DNA from: a virus
Virus record (IMG/VR): IMGVR_UViG_3300007513_002727
Coordinates: 28,943-92,942 of that record
Direction: 5' to 3' (one strand)
DNA length: 64,000 nucleotides
This document shows positions 8,957-19,754 of the stretch, piece after piece; the stretch's first letter is position 1, and each line of letters opens with the position of its first letter. The translations under genes were made by a program, and so were the position numbers. A model generated the notes under the pieces. That model was given only the letters and a program-made list of their open reading frames with translations. It was not told where the DNA came from and made no database searches.

Positions 8957-9376
8957 ATGAATAATAACCTTCGGCAGGTGGATCTTGTATCAACAACGAA
9001 AGGTTTGTTGAACCTTCATCAATTTTGGAACAAACCTATTGTGGTATTCAACAGTGCATCTTTCTGTGGCTTTACTAATCAGTTGTCCGCTTTTGAAGAA
9101 CTGCACAAGACAGGCAAAGTAATACCTATTGCCCTGCCAACAAATGAATTTGGTGCCCAAGAACCTGGACACTCTCTAGAAATCAATCAACACTACTGTA
9201 AGAAATACAACGTGACATATCCAATAATGGACAAGACAGATCTAGAACATAAATTTTTTAAAACTTTTGGCATACCAGACTGGAACTTCAATAAATGGTT
9301 ATTTGATTCTAAACACAATTTTGTTAAGAAGTTTAACAGTAGAACCCAACCAATGAAAATGCTTGAATATGTCTGA
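8957..9376 (+). CDS. Glutathione peroxidase-like protein (Cys type)
   Basis: Signature motifs NSASFCGFT, PTNEFGAQEPG and WNFNKWL. Confidence 0.85.
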   Translation: MNNNLRQVDLVSTTKGLLNLHQFWNKPIVVFNSASFCGFTNQLSAFEELHKTGKVIPIALPTNEFGAQEPGHSLEINQHYCKKYNVTYPIMDKTDLEHKFFKTFGIPDWNFNKWLFDSKHNFVKKFNSRTQPMKMLEYV

Positions 9377-10637
9377 TACATTTTGCACTTATCCGTTTAA
9401 ACATCTCTACATAGAAACCAATGGACGACAGAAGTTGTGTTGTATGCCTAACGAGTTCATAGAAAAGAATGATGGATACAGACAGTACCAAATGAAGGAT
9501 GGGATCTTTTCTAGTTGGAACAGCGACTACATGAAAGACACAAGGTTGAAAATGCTTAACGGACAAAAAGTTAGTGCCTGTGAAAAATGTTACTTACTAG
9601 AATCTCATGGACAAAAAAGTTTAAGGCAAAACGGCGGACGAGGTAAGCCGGAATGGTTTAAAGATGATATAGAGTCCAATGGCACTATGAAGACCATGCC
9701 GACTGATATAGAACTGCACTTTGGAAACGTCTGCAACTTGAAATGTAGGATGTGCAGTCATTATTTCTCACACATGATCGGCAAAGAGCTGTTGGCTGTG
9801 CAACAAGATGATCCAGATTTTTTCCGTTGGATACAGGAGCAAGGAGGCAACGTTAATAATTGGGCCACTGGAGATTTGACAGAAGTCTATGACTGGTACA
9901 AGGACAAGTCTGTATTAGAAAACACGTTTGAAGAAATATACAATCATGTACAAAGTATAAGAGTGATTGGTGGAGAACCAACAATTATTCCTGAGTTCTG
10001 GCAGATGTTCAAATATCTCAAATCCAAGAACAGTCTCAAAGACAAGTTTATAAAAATCACCACAAACGGTACTAACACAAATCCAAAGATGACCGAATGG
10101 TTTGCTGAAATGAAAGGTGTAGAGATTATGATAAGTCTCGACGGACTTGATCTTAGAAACAGGTATATCAGGTACCCATCAAACTGGCAGGCAATAATGA
10201 AGAACATTAGAGAATACAAAGCAATCGCAAACCTACATCCATCTGTGAGACCATTTGTGGCACCAACGCCACAAATATTAAATGTAGATCAATTAACTGA
10301 TTTCTGTATATTCTTCGAGAACGAAGAAGTCGCCGTTGGAATAAATCCAGATGTTGTCAGTCCCAAGATATGTAATTTTAATTATTTCCCAATGGAGTAT
10401 AAAAAGATTGTAGTTGATAAATTGAACACTAACCTCGCAAAGGTCAAAAACAACACCAACAGAACACACATTGAAAACACTATTAAAGTCCTACAGCAAG
10501 ATTTCAATAAACAAGAAATAGATCAAAACATAAGAAACTTTGTCAAATACAACGATTACATGGATAAGTTTAGAAACACAGATTCATGGAGAGACTTGTT
10601 ACCAGAACTTGCAGAAGTTATAGAAAAAAGATTATAG
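9369..10637 (+). CDS. Radical SAM protein with an N-terminal twitch/SPASM-like Cys domain
   Basis: CNLKCRMC and GGEPT; N-terminal C-x-YPF...CC...CEKC. Confidence 0.85.
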   Translation: MSDTFCTYPFKHLYIETNGRQKLCCMPNEFIEKNDGYRQYQMKDGIFSSWNSDYMKDTRLKMLNGQKVSACEKCYLLESHGQKSLRQNGGRGKPEWFKDDIESNGTMKTMPTDIELHFGNVCNLKCRMCSHYFSHMIGKELLAVQQDDPDFFRWIQEQGGNVNNWATGDLTEVYDWYKDKSVLENTFEEIYNHVQSIRVIGGEPTIIPEFWQMFKYLKSKNSLKDKFIKITTNGTNTNPKMTEWFAEMKGVEIMISLDGLDLRNRYIRYPSNWQAIMKNIREYKAIANLHPSVRPFVAPTPQILNVDQLTDFCIFFENEEVAVGINPDVVSPKICNFNYFPMEYKKIVVDKLNTNLAKVKNNTNRTHIENTIKVLQQDFNKQEIDQNIRNFVKYNDYMDKFRNTDSWRDLLPELAEVIEKRL

Positions 10638-11930
10638 GTCTTTAACAATATCGTATATCTGTGGATAAACTTTCTTCCAGTTAGTACCTCTCCTACGATC
10701 TAACTCTGTCAAATAGATTTTCAGTTGTTTTTGTCTTATAAGACTAGGTTCTCTATTTTCAAACTCAATCATATTACCTTCCATAAATTTTTTATGATTT
10801 ACCTTAACTGAATCTGGGTAACCATAAGAATTAGTATCAAACAACTCTATTGCTTCTTGTAATCCCCATTCGTTAATTTTTTTACCAAATATTCCAGGAT
10901 ACAAATAAGGCTTAGGCCCAATATCATGCTGGTTTGCTTTCATCATACTCCAATACACAGGTCTAATCTTTGACCAGTTGTTAATCATTTTAACCATTTC
11001 AGGCATACCTGATACTGCTGTCACTGTTAATGCAGAATTTATTCCTTGTAACGTTTCTGTTTCATTTAACACATATTCAAAATTCTTTTGCAATAATGGT
11101 AAGTTAATTCCAGTACGCACATACTCTCCTGCAGGTCCCCAAGCATCACATGATGCAATAATCTGTAGTTTATCTAATCTACCTTGCTTAACCATTTTAT
11201 CTAATCTACTAACCCACATTTTATATCTATCGTGTTCTACATTATGATTACTAAAAAAGCATAAAGTTAAATCAGGCAGTTCCCTTTTCTCTAAAAACTC
11301 TATAAATCTAAATGTTTCTTTTTGTAAAAATGGTTCTCCTCCTAATACAAAAACTTTATGTAATTTGTGTATATTATTTTCAAACCATTTAAACAATAAT
11401 TCTGTATGCTCTTCTATCTTAGGATTCTTTTTCCACCATGGACTTATATCAACTCCTTCTTTATTAAAGTCTCCAAATTTTTCTTCTTCTTGTTGTATTT
11501 GTGAACTAAAATGAGCACCACAATAGATACATTTTTGATTACAAGTATTTCCCCAATACACTTCTAATTGCCTTGGAGTAACATCAACTGCTTCTAAATC
11601 ATTATCCAACTCCGGTGGAGCAGTAGTACCTTCCAAGTGTAGATGTATTTGTCTGTCACTAGTTCCACCAGCTTCTTCAATGTGTTTACAGTGTTCACAA
11701 CCACGTCCTGGCCATTCACCTTTTAACATTTTACGTCTTGCTTCTAACTTGGCCGGTAAGTTATGAAAATTTAATTCACCATTACGTATTTCTAATGGAT
11801 CTCCCTGTACTCTGTGACAACTTGCACTTACTCCATCCGTAAGATATACTGTGGAATGTGTCCACTTTAACTGACATGGTAATCCTTTTTTAATAGGAAA
11901 CGGTTTTGGTGGTTGCTTTGATATACCCAT
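10632..11930 (-). CDS. Radical SAM protein with an N-terminal twitch-like domain
   Basis: CNQKCIYC, GGEPF, CQLKW...SCHRV...CEHC. Start moved to ATG 11930 (MGISKQP). Confidence 0.85.
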   Translation of the reverse strand: MGISKQPPKPFPIKKGLPCQLKWTHSTVYLTDGVSASCHRVQGDPLEIRNGELNFHNLPAKLEARRKMLKGEWPGRGCEHCKHIEEAGGTSDRQIHLHLEGTTAPPELDNDLEAVDVTPRQLEVYWGNTCNQKCIYCGAHFSSQIQQEEEKFGDFNKEGVDISPWWKKNPKIEEHTELLFKWFENNIHKLHKVFVLGGEPFLQKETFRFIEFLEKRELPDLTLCFFSNHNVEHDRYKMWVSRLDKMVKQGRLDKLQIIASCDAWGPAGEYVRTGINLPLLQKNFEYVLNETETLQGINSALTVTAVSGMPEMVKMINNWSKIRPVYWSMMKANQHDIGPKPYLYPGIFGKKINEWGLQEAIELFDTNSYGYPDSVKVNHKKFMEGNMIEFENREPSLIRQKQLKIYLTELDRRRGTNWKKVYPQIYDIVKDL

Positions 11931-11948
11931 TTGTATATAATTATGTAT

Positions 11949-12653
11949 ATGAAAATCTCCGAAGATGTTCTTAAAAGCAAAGGTATAGCATATATACAAA
12001 AATTTCCATACAATGAATTGTCTAAAACATCTAAAAATGGTAAAAGATATTACTCTACTCCAGATGGTAGAACAGTACCTTCTGTGACCACAGTGTTATC
12101 TGCTACTAAAGACATGACACAATTACACGCATGGCGTAAAAGAGTTGGTGAAGCAAGAGCACAACAAATTACAACAGAGTCAGCTAACATTGGAACAGTG
12201 ATGCACGGCTCATTAGAAAAACACGTAAAAGGTATTGAAAGAAAACCTGGGTCAAATCTTATACATCAAAAAGCACACGCAATGGCAAATGTTATTATTG
12301 ATAATGGATTAAAAAATGTTAGTGAAGTATGGGGATCAGAAGTATCATTACACTACCCAGAATTATATGCAGGAACAACTGACTTGGTTGGTGTATATAA
12401 AGGTGAACCGGCTATAATGGATTTCAAACAAGCACGTAAATTAAAAAAGAAAGAATGGGTAGAAGATTACTATCTTCAATTGGTTGCATATTCTGAAGCA
12501 CATAATAAACAATACGACACGCAAATTAAATCAGGTAGAGTCTTTATATGCACACAAAACAACGAATTTCAAACATTTGATATAGACAACTATGACCATT
12601 GGGTAGGACAATGGTATAGTAAATTGGAACAATACTACAAGTCTATCCTTTAA
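11949..12653 (+). CDS. PD-(D/E)XK exonuclease (marine T4-like phage type)
   Basis: PSVTTVLS, GTVMH, YAGTTDLVG, IMDFKQ and QLVAY. Confidence 0.85.
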   Translation: MKISEDVLKSKGIAYIQKFPYNELSKTSKNGKRYYSTPDGRTVPSVTTVLSATKDMTQLHAWRKRVGEARAQQITTESANIGTVMHGSLEKHVKGIERKPGSNLIHQKAHAMANVIIDNGLKNVSEVWGSEVSLHYPELYAGTTDLVGVYKGEPAIMDFKQARKLKKKEWVEDYYLQLVAYSEAHNKQYDTQIKSGRVFICTQNNEFQTFDIDNYDHWVGQWYSKLEQYYKSIL

Positions 12654-12698
12654 TAAATAACGTTAAATGTTTAAATATATTAAAGGAATTATATAATC

Positions 12699-14309
12699 GT
12701 GCCAATAGTGAGCATCTCAAGAATTCAGCACAGACGTGGAAAAGCCACTGATCTACCGCAATTAGCGGCTGGAGAATTAGGATGGTCTATTGACGATCAA
12801 AAATTATACATAGGCAATGGCACCGTAGCCGATGGAGCTCCAGCAGTAGGCAACACAGAAATAATGACTTCTGGCAGTTCAGGATTTACAACTGCTTTAT
12901 CATATGTTTATAAAGGATACTTAGGAGATTCAACACCAATAACAACTGGTGCTACTGGAGATGTTAGTAGAACATTACAAGCAACATTAGATGATCACGT
13001 TTCGGTTAAGGCATTTGGTGCTGTAGGAGATGGATCAACAGCAGATGTAGTAGCAATACAAAGAGCACTTGATGAACTGTATTCAGAAACAGATCAAGAC
13101 GACGTACGATCAAGAAGAATTTTATTTTTTCCAGCAGGAACATACAACATAGCAACTTCAATAACTATTCCACCTTATGCACATTTAGTAGGTGAAGGTC
13201 CAGGCAAAACAATTTTATATCAAGCAGGTGGAAACGCACCTGTGGCAGTTACCGAAGATGATGACGGACAAGTATTTGGAAGTATAGGTAATAGTGGTGC
13301 AACTACTCCAACACAAATTCAAATACAAGGAATTTGTTTTAAAAATGGTGAAGCATATGGTGGACTATCTATTGACAATGCAACTCACGTTTATCTTAAA
13401 GACTGTAAATTTCAAGGAACATATGCGGCAAGTGGTGCAGACGCATCAAATTCAAAAGGTGTTACAGTAAGAAGTACAACTGCTTTACCTTGTTCAAATA
13501 TTGTATTTGATCAATGTCAATTTTCAAAATTTGCAAGACTAGTAGATATGTCTTATGATGTAACAAGTGTAAGATTTAATAATTGTGATTTTACAATTTC
13601 TTATTATGGAGCGATGTTAGGTGAAACAATGGATGGCTCTACAAATGGATTAACTAAAGGACCAAGAAATGTTCAATTTAATTCTTCTAGTTGGAGTTCA
13701 ATTGGACAACAAGCAATTTATGTTAAACCAGCCGCTGGAGCAGATTCAGGAACAGGAGCAAGAAATATTATTTCACATGGTAACTGGTTTGCATCAACAG
13801 TTGCAAATAATTTCGAAGGTGTTGGATCAATTAGAGAAGTTCCAATTATACAATTTGACAATGATGAATGTTCTTCTGTACTAGACTTTTTTGAAAGAAC
13901 AGATTTAAGAAGAGCAGATGGTAGTTCAGAATTAAATGCCGCTCCAGAATTACAAGGAATTGGAATAACAACCAAAGCAATTAAACAAGCAACTTTAGCA
14001 AACAACACATCGTCGGCCACTACGATATACGATTTTCCAGCATTGAATGATAAGTCACTTTTAATAAAATATAAAATAAAAAGAGGGACTACTTACAGAG
14101 TTGGCGAACTTATAATTAACGCATCAACTACCGCAGTATCATATGATGATACATTTAATGAAAGCAATGGTTCTGTTGGAGTAACTCTTTCAGCCGCTAT
14201 GGAAAGTAAAGATTCTACAGCAGGTAATGAAACAGTAGCATTACAATACACTACAACGAACACTGGTACTGATGCTACACTGGATTATCAAGTAACTATC
14301 ATAGCATAA
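12699..14309 (+). CDS. Tail fibre/baseplate-associated protein with a pectate-lyase-3-like beta-helix
   Basis: N-terminal RIQHRRG...LAAGELGWSIDDQKLYIGNG, then VSVKAFGAVGDG and LFFPAGTY. GTG start; TAAATA upstream. Confidence 0.75.
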   Translation: MPIVSISRIQHRRGKATDLPQLAAGELGWSIDDQKLYIGNGTVADGAPAVGNTEIMTSGSSGFTTALSYVYKGYLGDSTPITTGATGDVSRTLQATLDDHVSVKAFGAVGDGSTADVVAIQRALDELYSETDQDDVRSRRILFFPAGTYNIATSITIPPYAHLVGEGPGKTILYQAGGNAPVAVTEDDDGQVFGSIGNSGATTPTQIQIQGICFKNGEAYGGLSIDNATHVYLKDCKFQGTYAASGADASNSKGVTVRSTTALPCSNIVFDQCQFSKFARLVDMSYDVTSVRFNNCDFTISYYGAMLGETMDGSTNGLTKGPRNVQFNSSSWSSIGQQAIYVKPAAGADSGTGARNIISHGNWFASTVANNFEGVGSIREVPIIQFDNDECSSVLDFFERTDLRRADGSSELNAAPELQGIGITTKAIKQATLANNTSSATTIYDFPALNDKSLLIKYKIKRGTTYRVGELIINASTTAVSYDDTFNESNGSVGVTLSAAMESKDSTAGNETVALQYTTTNTGTDATLDYQVTIIA

Positions 14310-14599
14310 CCTGAAAACGTTGATCCTTGTCCATGGCATCATAAGTATCGTGAATATAGACACTTTGAAGAGTACTTAATCAGCTACTTAAATTCAAAGT
14401 TGTAAATAAAAATTTCATATAACCGGTAGACAAATTTTTTTTCATCTATATAATAGTATATAATAAAATAGCAAAACGACAACCAAACTACGCACATACG
14501 GCTCATGATAAAAAGACAAAATAAAAATAAAAAACCTTGGAAAGTGAAAATACGATAAATATGGATATACAAATCAGAGAAAAAAAATTTAAAAAATTA

Positions 14600-16993
14600 A
14601 TGACACAAACTAATTCTTCCAAAATTCAAGTAAAAAAAAGAGATGGAAGATTAGAACCTTTAGACATTAACAAAATTCATTTCGTTGTTGAAGAAGCCTG
14701 TGAAAATCTTCCAGGTGTATCAGCATCACAAATTCAAATGAATGCCAACATACAATTTTATGATGGCATGACTACAAAAGATATTCAAAATGTTTTAGTA
14801 AGATCAGCAAATGATTTAATAACTCTAGACCAACCTAACTATCAATACGCCGCGGCAAGATTACTTTCTTATGATATAAGAAAAGAAGCCCATGGACAAT
14901 ACGAATACATTCCGTTATTAAAATTACTTTTAAGAAATATTCGAAACAATGTTTACGATAAAGAAATTATAGACAAGTATTCTAAAACAGAAATTAAAAA
15001 ATTAAACACTTGGATAAGAAGAGACAGAGATTTAAAATTTACATATGCAGGATTAAGACAAGTAGTAGACAAATATCTTGTACAAGATAGAAGCTCAGGA
15101 CAATTATATGAAACACCACAAGATATGTATATGATGATAGCCGCAACATTGTTTGCTGACTATCCTGAAAAAACAAGACTATCTTATGTTAAAAAATATT
15201 ATGATGCAATCTCATTACACAAAATCAATATACCAACTCCAGTTATGGCAGGTGTAAGAACTCCTGTTCGTCAATTTGCGAGTTGTGTGTTGGTGGACAT
15301 AGACGACACTCTACCCTCTATATTTTCTGGCGACATGGCAATTGGATTGTATGTTGCCAGAAGAGCAGGTATAGGAATTAATGCAGGACGTATTAGAGGA
15401 ATTAATTCTAGAATTAGAGGTGGAGAAGTTCAACACACAGGAGTGATTCCGTTTCTAAAAAAATTCGAATCAACTGTAAGATGTTGTACACAAAACGGAG
15501 TACGTGGAGGTAACGCAACTGTCCACTTCCCAATTTGGCATCCTGAAATAGAAGACATTCTAGTTTTAAAAAATAACAAAGGTACAGAAGATAACAGAGT
15601 AAGACGAATGGATTACTCAATACAAATTTCTAAATTGTTTTATGAAAGATTTATTAACGATGAAGATATTAGTTTAATATCACCGCACCTTGCTCCAGGA
15701 TTATATGATGCATTTGGTACAGAAGAGTTTGATGACTTATATGAAAAATATGAGGAAGATAAAAGTATTCCAAAAAAAATTGTTAAGGCACAAGATTTAT
15801 TTTTTGACCTTTTAAAAGAAAGAGCAGAGACAGGTAGAATTTATATAATGAATATAGATCACGCAAACACACATTCAAGTTTTAAAGACAAAGTATCAAT
15901 GTCAAACTTATGTCAAGAAATTACATTACCCACAACCCCTATACAACATATAGATGATGAAAAAGGAGAAATTGCTTTATGTATTCTTTCTGCAATTAAT
16001 GTTGGTGCTATAAATGATGTAAGTGAACTAGGCAACTTATGTGACGTATCAGTAAGAGCATTAGAACAAATTATTGACTATCAAAGATACCCCGTTAAAG
16101 CGGCAGAGATAAGCACTAAAGCACGAAGAAGCCTAGGCATAGGATATATAGGCTTGGCCCACTATCTAGCAAAAAATGGTGTAAAATATTCTGATCCTAA
16201 GGCTTGTGAATTAGTTGATAGACTTTCAGAAGCATTTCAATATTACCTATTAAGAACAAGTTGTGATATTGCAGAAGAAAAAGGTAAGTGTACCGCATTT
16301 GATAAAACAAAATATGCAGACGGATTGCTACCAATTGATCACTACAAAAAAGAAGTAGATAAAATTGTACCACACAAACAAAGAATGGCGTGGGAAAGTT
16401 TAAGAAAAGATATTGCAAAATATGGATTAAGACATTCTACATTGTCAGCACAAATGCCTTCAGAAAGTTCTTCAGTTGTTAGTAATGAAACAAATGGAAT
16501 TGAACCTCCAAGAGCATTACTATCCATTAAGAAAAGTAAAAAAGGTCCACTAAAACAAATTATACCAGGTTATCCTAAACTTAAAAACGATTATACTTTA
16601 TTATGGGATATGACAAGCAACGAAGGATATATTAATATTGTATCAGTAATGCAAAAATATTTTGATCAAGCAATATCAGGTAACTGGAGTTACAACCCTT
16701 TACAATATGAAAACAACGAGGTGCCATTATCAGTAATGGCTCAAGATATGTTAACTTCATACAAATATGGTTGGAAAACTGTATACTATCAAAATACGTA
16801 TGATTTTAAAGGCGAAGAAGAAGAGGTCCAACCAGCAGGATTAAGTGCGGTAATAGAAGATGACAACGGAGAAGACGTAGAATTACAACTATCAGATAGA
16901 CAAATTGTTAACGGTCATGCTAAAGTTAATACTGGTGTAGATATTACTGCTAGTGCTAACAACGACGAAGATTGTGACGCCTGCACAATATAA
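14600..16993 (+). CDS. nrdA: Class Ia ribonucleotide reductase alpha subunit
   Basis: ATP-cone VKKRDG, SCVL, SNLCQEI, MPSESSS and C-terminal CDACTI. The start could be 14560. Confidence 0.97.
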   Translation: MTQTNSSKIQVKKRDGRLEPLDINKIHFVVEEACENLPGVSASQIQMNANIQFYDGMTTKDIQNVLVRSANDLITLDQPNYQYAAARLLSYDIRKEAHGQYEYIPLLKLLLRNIRNNVYDKEIIDKYSKTEIKKLNTWIRRDRDLKFTYAGLRQVVDKYLVQDRSSGQLYETPQDMYMMIAATLFADYPEKTRLSYVKKYYDAISLHKINIPTPVMAGVRTPVRQFASCVLVDIDDTLPSIFSGDMAIGLYVARRAGIGINAGRIRGINSRIRGGEVQHTGVIPFLKKFESTVRCCTQNGVRGGNATVHFPIWHPEIEDILVLKNNKGTEDNRVRRMDYSIQISKLFYERFINDEDISLISPHLAPGLYDAFGTEEFDDLYEKYEEDKSIPKKIVKAQDLFFDLLKERAETGRIYIMNIDHANTHSSFKDKVSMSNLCQEITLPTTPIQHIDDEKGEIALCILSAINVGAINDVSELGNLCDVSVRALEQIIDYQRYPVKAAEISTKARRSLGIGYIGLAHYLAKNGVKYSDPKACELVDRLSEAFQYYLLRTSCDIAEEKGKCTAFDKTKYADGLLPIDHYKKEVDKIVPHKQRMAWESLRKDIAKYGLRHSTLSAQMPSESSSVVSNETNGIEPPRALLSIKKSKKGPLKQIIPGYPKLKNDYTLLWDMTSNEGYINIVSVMQKYFDQAISGNWSYNPLQYENNEVPLSVMAQDMLTSYKYGWKTVYYQNTYDFKGEEEEVQPAGLSAVIEDDNGEDVELQLSDRQIVNGHAKVNTGVDITASANNDEDCDACTI

Positions 16994-17008
16994 TTAAATA
17001 CAACTATA

Positions 17009-18106
17009 ATGAGTAAAACTATTTTTAATCAGTCTAAGATAGACTTCACTAAACAACCAATGTTCTTTGGTGAAGATCAAAACGTACAAAGGTTTGATAC
17101 CTACAAGTATCCTATATTTGATAAACTAACACAAACACAACTAGGATACTTTTGGAGACCTGAGGAAGTATCATTACAAAAAGACAGATCAGATTACGCA
17201 CAGTTCCGTCCAGAGCAAAAGCATATCTTTACATCTAATTTAAAATATCAAACACTATTAGATAGTGTACAAGGACGTGGTCCAGTAATTGCATTTTTAC
17301 CATATTGTTCACTACCAGAGTTGGAGGCTTGTATTGTTGTATGGGATTTCTTTGAAACACTACACTCACGTTCTTACACACATATTATTAAAAATATATA
17401 TCCAAACCCAAGTGACGTACTTGATAAAATTGTAGATAACGAACAAATATTAAAAAGAGCAACATCAGTTACAAAATATTATGATGAATTTATTGAATAT
17501 GCAAAACAATGGGACGTTAATGGAAAAGGATCAACAAGAGTATTAAAGAAAAAGCTATATCTAGCAATGGCAAATGTTAATATATTAGAAGGATTAAGAT
17601 TCTATGTTTCGTTTGCTTGTACCTTTGCATTTGGTGAATTAAAACTTATGGAAGGTTCTGCTAAAATATTATCATTAATTGCACGTGATGAATCACAACA
17701 CCTAGCAATTACAACACATATCATTAAAAATTGGATAAATGGTGATGACCCTGAAATGAAGCCACTTATAAAAGAATGTAAAGATGAAGTAATTAAAATG
17801 TGGAAAAATTGTATTAATGAAGAAAAACAATGGTGCAACTATCTATTCAAAGATGGATCAATAATTGGACTTAATGAACGACTACTATCCAAATATGTAG
17901 ATTTTATTGCAAATAAAAGAATGAAAGCATTAGGATTTGATCCAATATTTGATGCACCAAAACTAGATCCACTACCATGGACGCAACATTGGTTAAGTTC
18001 TAAGGGTATGCAAGTGGCTCCAATGGAAACAGAAATAGAAAGTTATATCATCGGTGGTATCAAACACGACGTTGAAAAGGATCAATTCAGCAAATTTAAG
18101 TTATAA
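17009..18106 (+). CDS. nrdB: Class Ia ribonucleotide reductase beta subunit
   Basis: FWRPEEV, ETLHSRSY, EGLRFYVSF and RDESQH. Confidence 0.97.
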   Translation: MSKTIFNQSKIDFTKQPMFFGEDQNVQRFDTYKYPIFDKLTQTQLGYFWRPEEVSLQKDRSDYAQFRPEQKHIFTSNLKYQTLLDSVQGRGPVIAFLPYCSLPELEACIVVWDFFETLHSRSYTHIIKNIYPNPSDVLDKIVDNEQILKRATSVTKYYDEFIEYAKQWDVNGKGSTRVLKKKLYLAMANVNILEGLRFYVSFACTFAFGELKLMEGSAKILSLIARDESQHLAITTHIIKNWINGDDPEMKPLIKECKDEVIKMWKNCINEEKQWCNYLFKDGSIIGLNERLLSKYVDFIANKRMKALGFDPIFDAPKLDPLPWTQHWLSSKGMQVAPMETEIESYIIGGIKHDVEKDQFSKFKL

Positions 18107-18126
18107 TACGAACGGTTTTCTAAAAC

Positions 18127-18134
18127 TATAAATA
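18127..18134 (+). promoter_or_regulatory. T4-type late promoter TATAAATA
   Basis: Exact consensus 5 nt upstream of the PAAR ATG. Confidence 0.75.
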
Positions 18135-18139
18135 CTGGT

Positions 18140-18451
18140 ATGCCAGCAATAGCAAGATATCTAGATCAAGAAAGAGGTCCCAAACACTGTACACAGCCAA
18201 AACGATATGGTCACGTTAGATCAGTTTTTGCTAATGGAAAAAAATTAAGTTGTCAAGGACATATAAACACGCCAAAACATAAAATATTCGTACCAGGCGA
18301 TCCGCCTAAGTGTAAAGCTCACAGTAAAAAATTAATAAGAGGTTCTCCAAATGTGTTTGCTGAAGGCTTACGAGTAGGAAGAAAAGGTGATAGAACTGGT
18401 TGTTCAAAAGTAGTAAAGGGTTCACCTAATGTATATGCAAATGGCGGGTAA
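18140..18451 (+). CDS. PAAR-domain spike-tip protein (T4 gp5.4-like)
   Basis: MPAIAR...GSPNVFAEG...GRKGDRTGC...GSPNVYANG, with His/Cys metal ligands. Confidence 0.85.
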   Translation: MPAIARYLDQERGPKHCTQPKRYGHVRSVFANGKKLSCQGHINTPKHKIFVPGDPPKCKAHSKKLIRGSPNVFAEGLRVGRKGDRTGCSKVVKGSPNVYANGG

Positions 18452-18454
18452 CAG

Positions 18455-19750
18455 ATGACAATTAATAAAGGCTTAAAATCACTTGTAGAATCATCTCCAA
18501 ACTTTTCTAATCAACATTTAGAAAATTCAATTAATGATATTAAAAGTATTGATAATGACGATGGCTATATGTTTATATTATCTCAGTTTGCTGTGGACAC
18601 AGCAATACACGACAATACAGTATTAACTCAAACACAAAAAAACGATGCACTAGAAACTTTGTATAACGCTCAACCTCATCTACAAATTGGACGTTATCTT
18701 AATGATGTAATTAGACACACATCTACTATACTTGATGGGACAATAGTTGCACTAGAAGACCCAGATCAAAATGTTTCAGCAGACTTCTTAGAAATATTAC
18801 AAACAGTCCAAAGCATACAAGATACAATACCAGACCTATATGGAGTTCCAGCAAGTGAAAAAAGCAGAGATGTAAATGATCATTTAGGAACATTAAACAA
18901 CATATTTTTAGAAACTGAAGATAGTTCTAAACCTGTGTTTACAAGATTAAAAGAAACTTTACAACTTATAGAAAACGAGGCAAGAAGCATCAGTGCTCTA
19001 GCTACTGCCACAGCGGCGGTGAGATATTCAAACACACAGTTGGTTGATTTTTTAGCAACCGTTGTGGCTGACTCTACAGACTTTCAAACAACTTTAGATA
19101 ATAGGGTAAACACAGCCGCAGGTAATATGGCCAACTTACACAATCGAATAGCCGCTCTTCCAGGAGATCGAACTATACCGTCAGGATCAAACATAGCCAC
19201 TATCTTGGTCGCTATTAGAGAAGAAATAAACACTCAAGTAAATTTAGAAAATTCTAACTTGTCTGGCATTAGAACTTATGTAGGTACACTTACAGACAAT
19301 AATGCATATACAGCTCTAGCAGAAGATTCTGAATTAAGAAAACTTATGGCTCGTGTATCACGAAATGCAGATTGGCAAACTTATTTTAATGATTATGAAA
19401 CTAATTCTGAAAATTCAAATCCTATATACGATATTGATACTGATTCAGATAAGGTATCTGTAATTGATAGAGTATTAGAAGAACAAGGATTACCTGATGT
19501 ATTAGACCACGTGGATCTTGAAAGTGTTGCTAACAAAGCCAAAGAAGATGATAGAATTGACACAAGGAATTTTGATCACTATACAATAGAAACAATTATT
19601 ACAAAATGCTGTCAACAACTAGGAATCACTACAGCAAATCGTTCAATATATAATCAAAGTGAATCATTATTAGATAATCTAAACAAACGTGATCGACAAA
19701 AAATTGCTGACGCTTTAGACTTAAACGAGTCTTCTAATACTTTAAGTTAA
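18455..19750 (+). CDS. Hypothetical helical virion/baseplate-associated protein
   Basis: 431-aa ORF co-transcribed with PAAR. Confidence 0.55.
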   Translation: MTINKGLKSLVESSPNFSNQHLENSINDIKSIDNDDGYMFILSQFAVDTAIHDNTVLTQTQKNDALETLYNAQPHLQIGRYLNDVIRHTSTILDGTIVALEDPDQNVSADFLEILQTVQSIQDTIPDLYGVPASEKSRDVNDHLGTLNNIFLETEDSSKPVFTRLKETLQLIENEARSISALATATAAVRYSNTQLVDFLATVVADSTDFQTTLDNRVNTAAGNMANLHNRIAALPGDRTIPSGSNIATILVAIREEINTQVNLENSNLSGIRTYVGTLTDNNAYTALAEDSELRKLMARVSRNADWQTYFNDYETNSENSNPIYDIDTDSDKVSVIDRVLEEQGLPDVLDHVDLESVANKAKEDDRIDTRNFDHYTIETIITKCCQQLGITTANRSIYNQSESLLDNLNKRDRQKIADALDLNESSNTLS

Positions 19751-19754
19751 AATT

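Noticed and set aside
8957-9376. Selenocysteine recoding in the glutathione peroxidase
   Set aside because: The active-site codon is TGT (Cys); no in-frame TGA.
14537-18106. Introns, inteins or homing endonucleases in nrdA/nrdB
   Set aside because: Both frames are continuous and of normal size. The only extra is an acidic linker before the C-terminal CxxC of NrdA.
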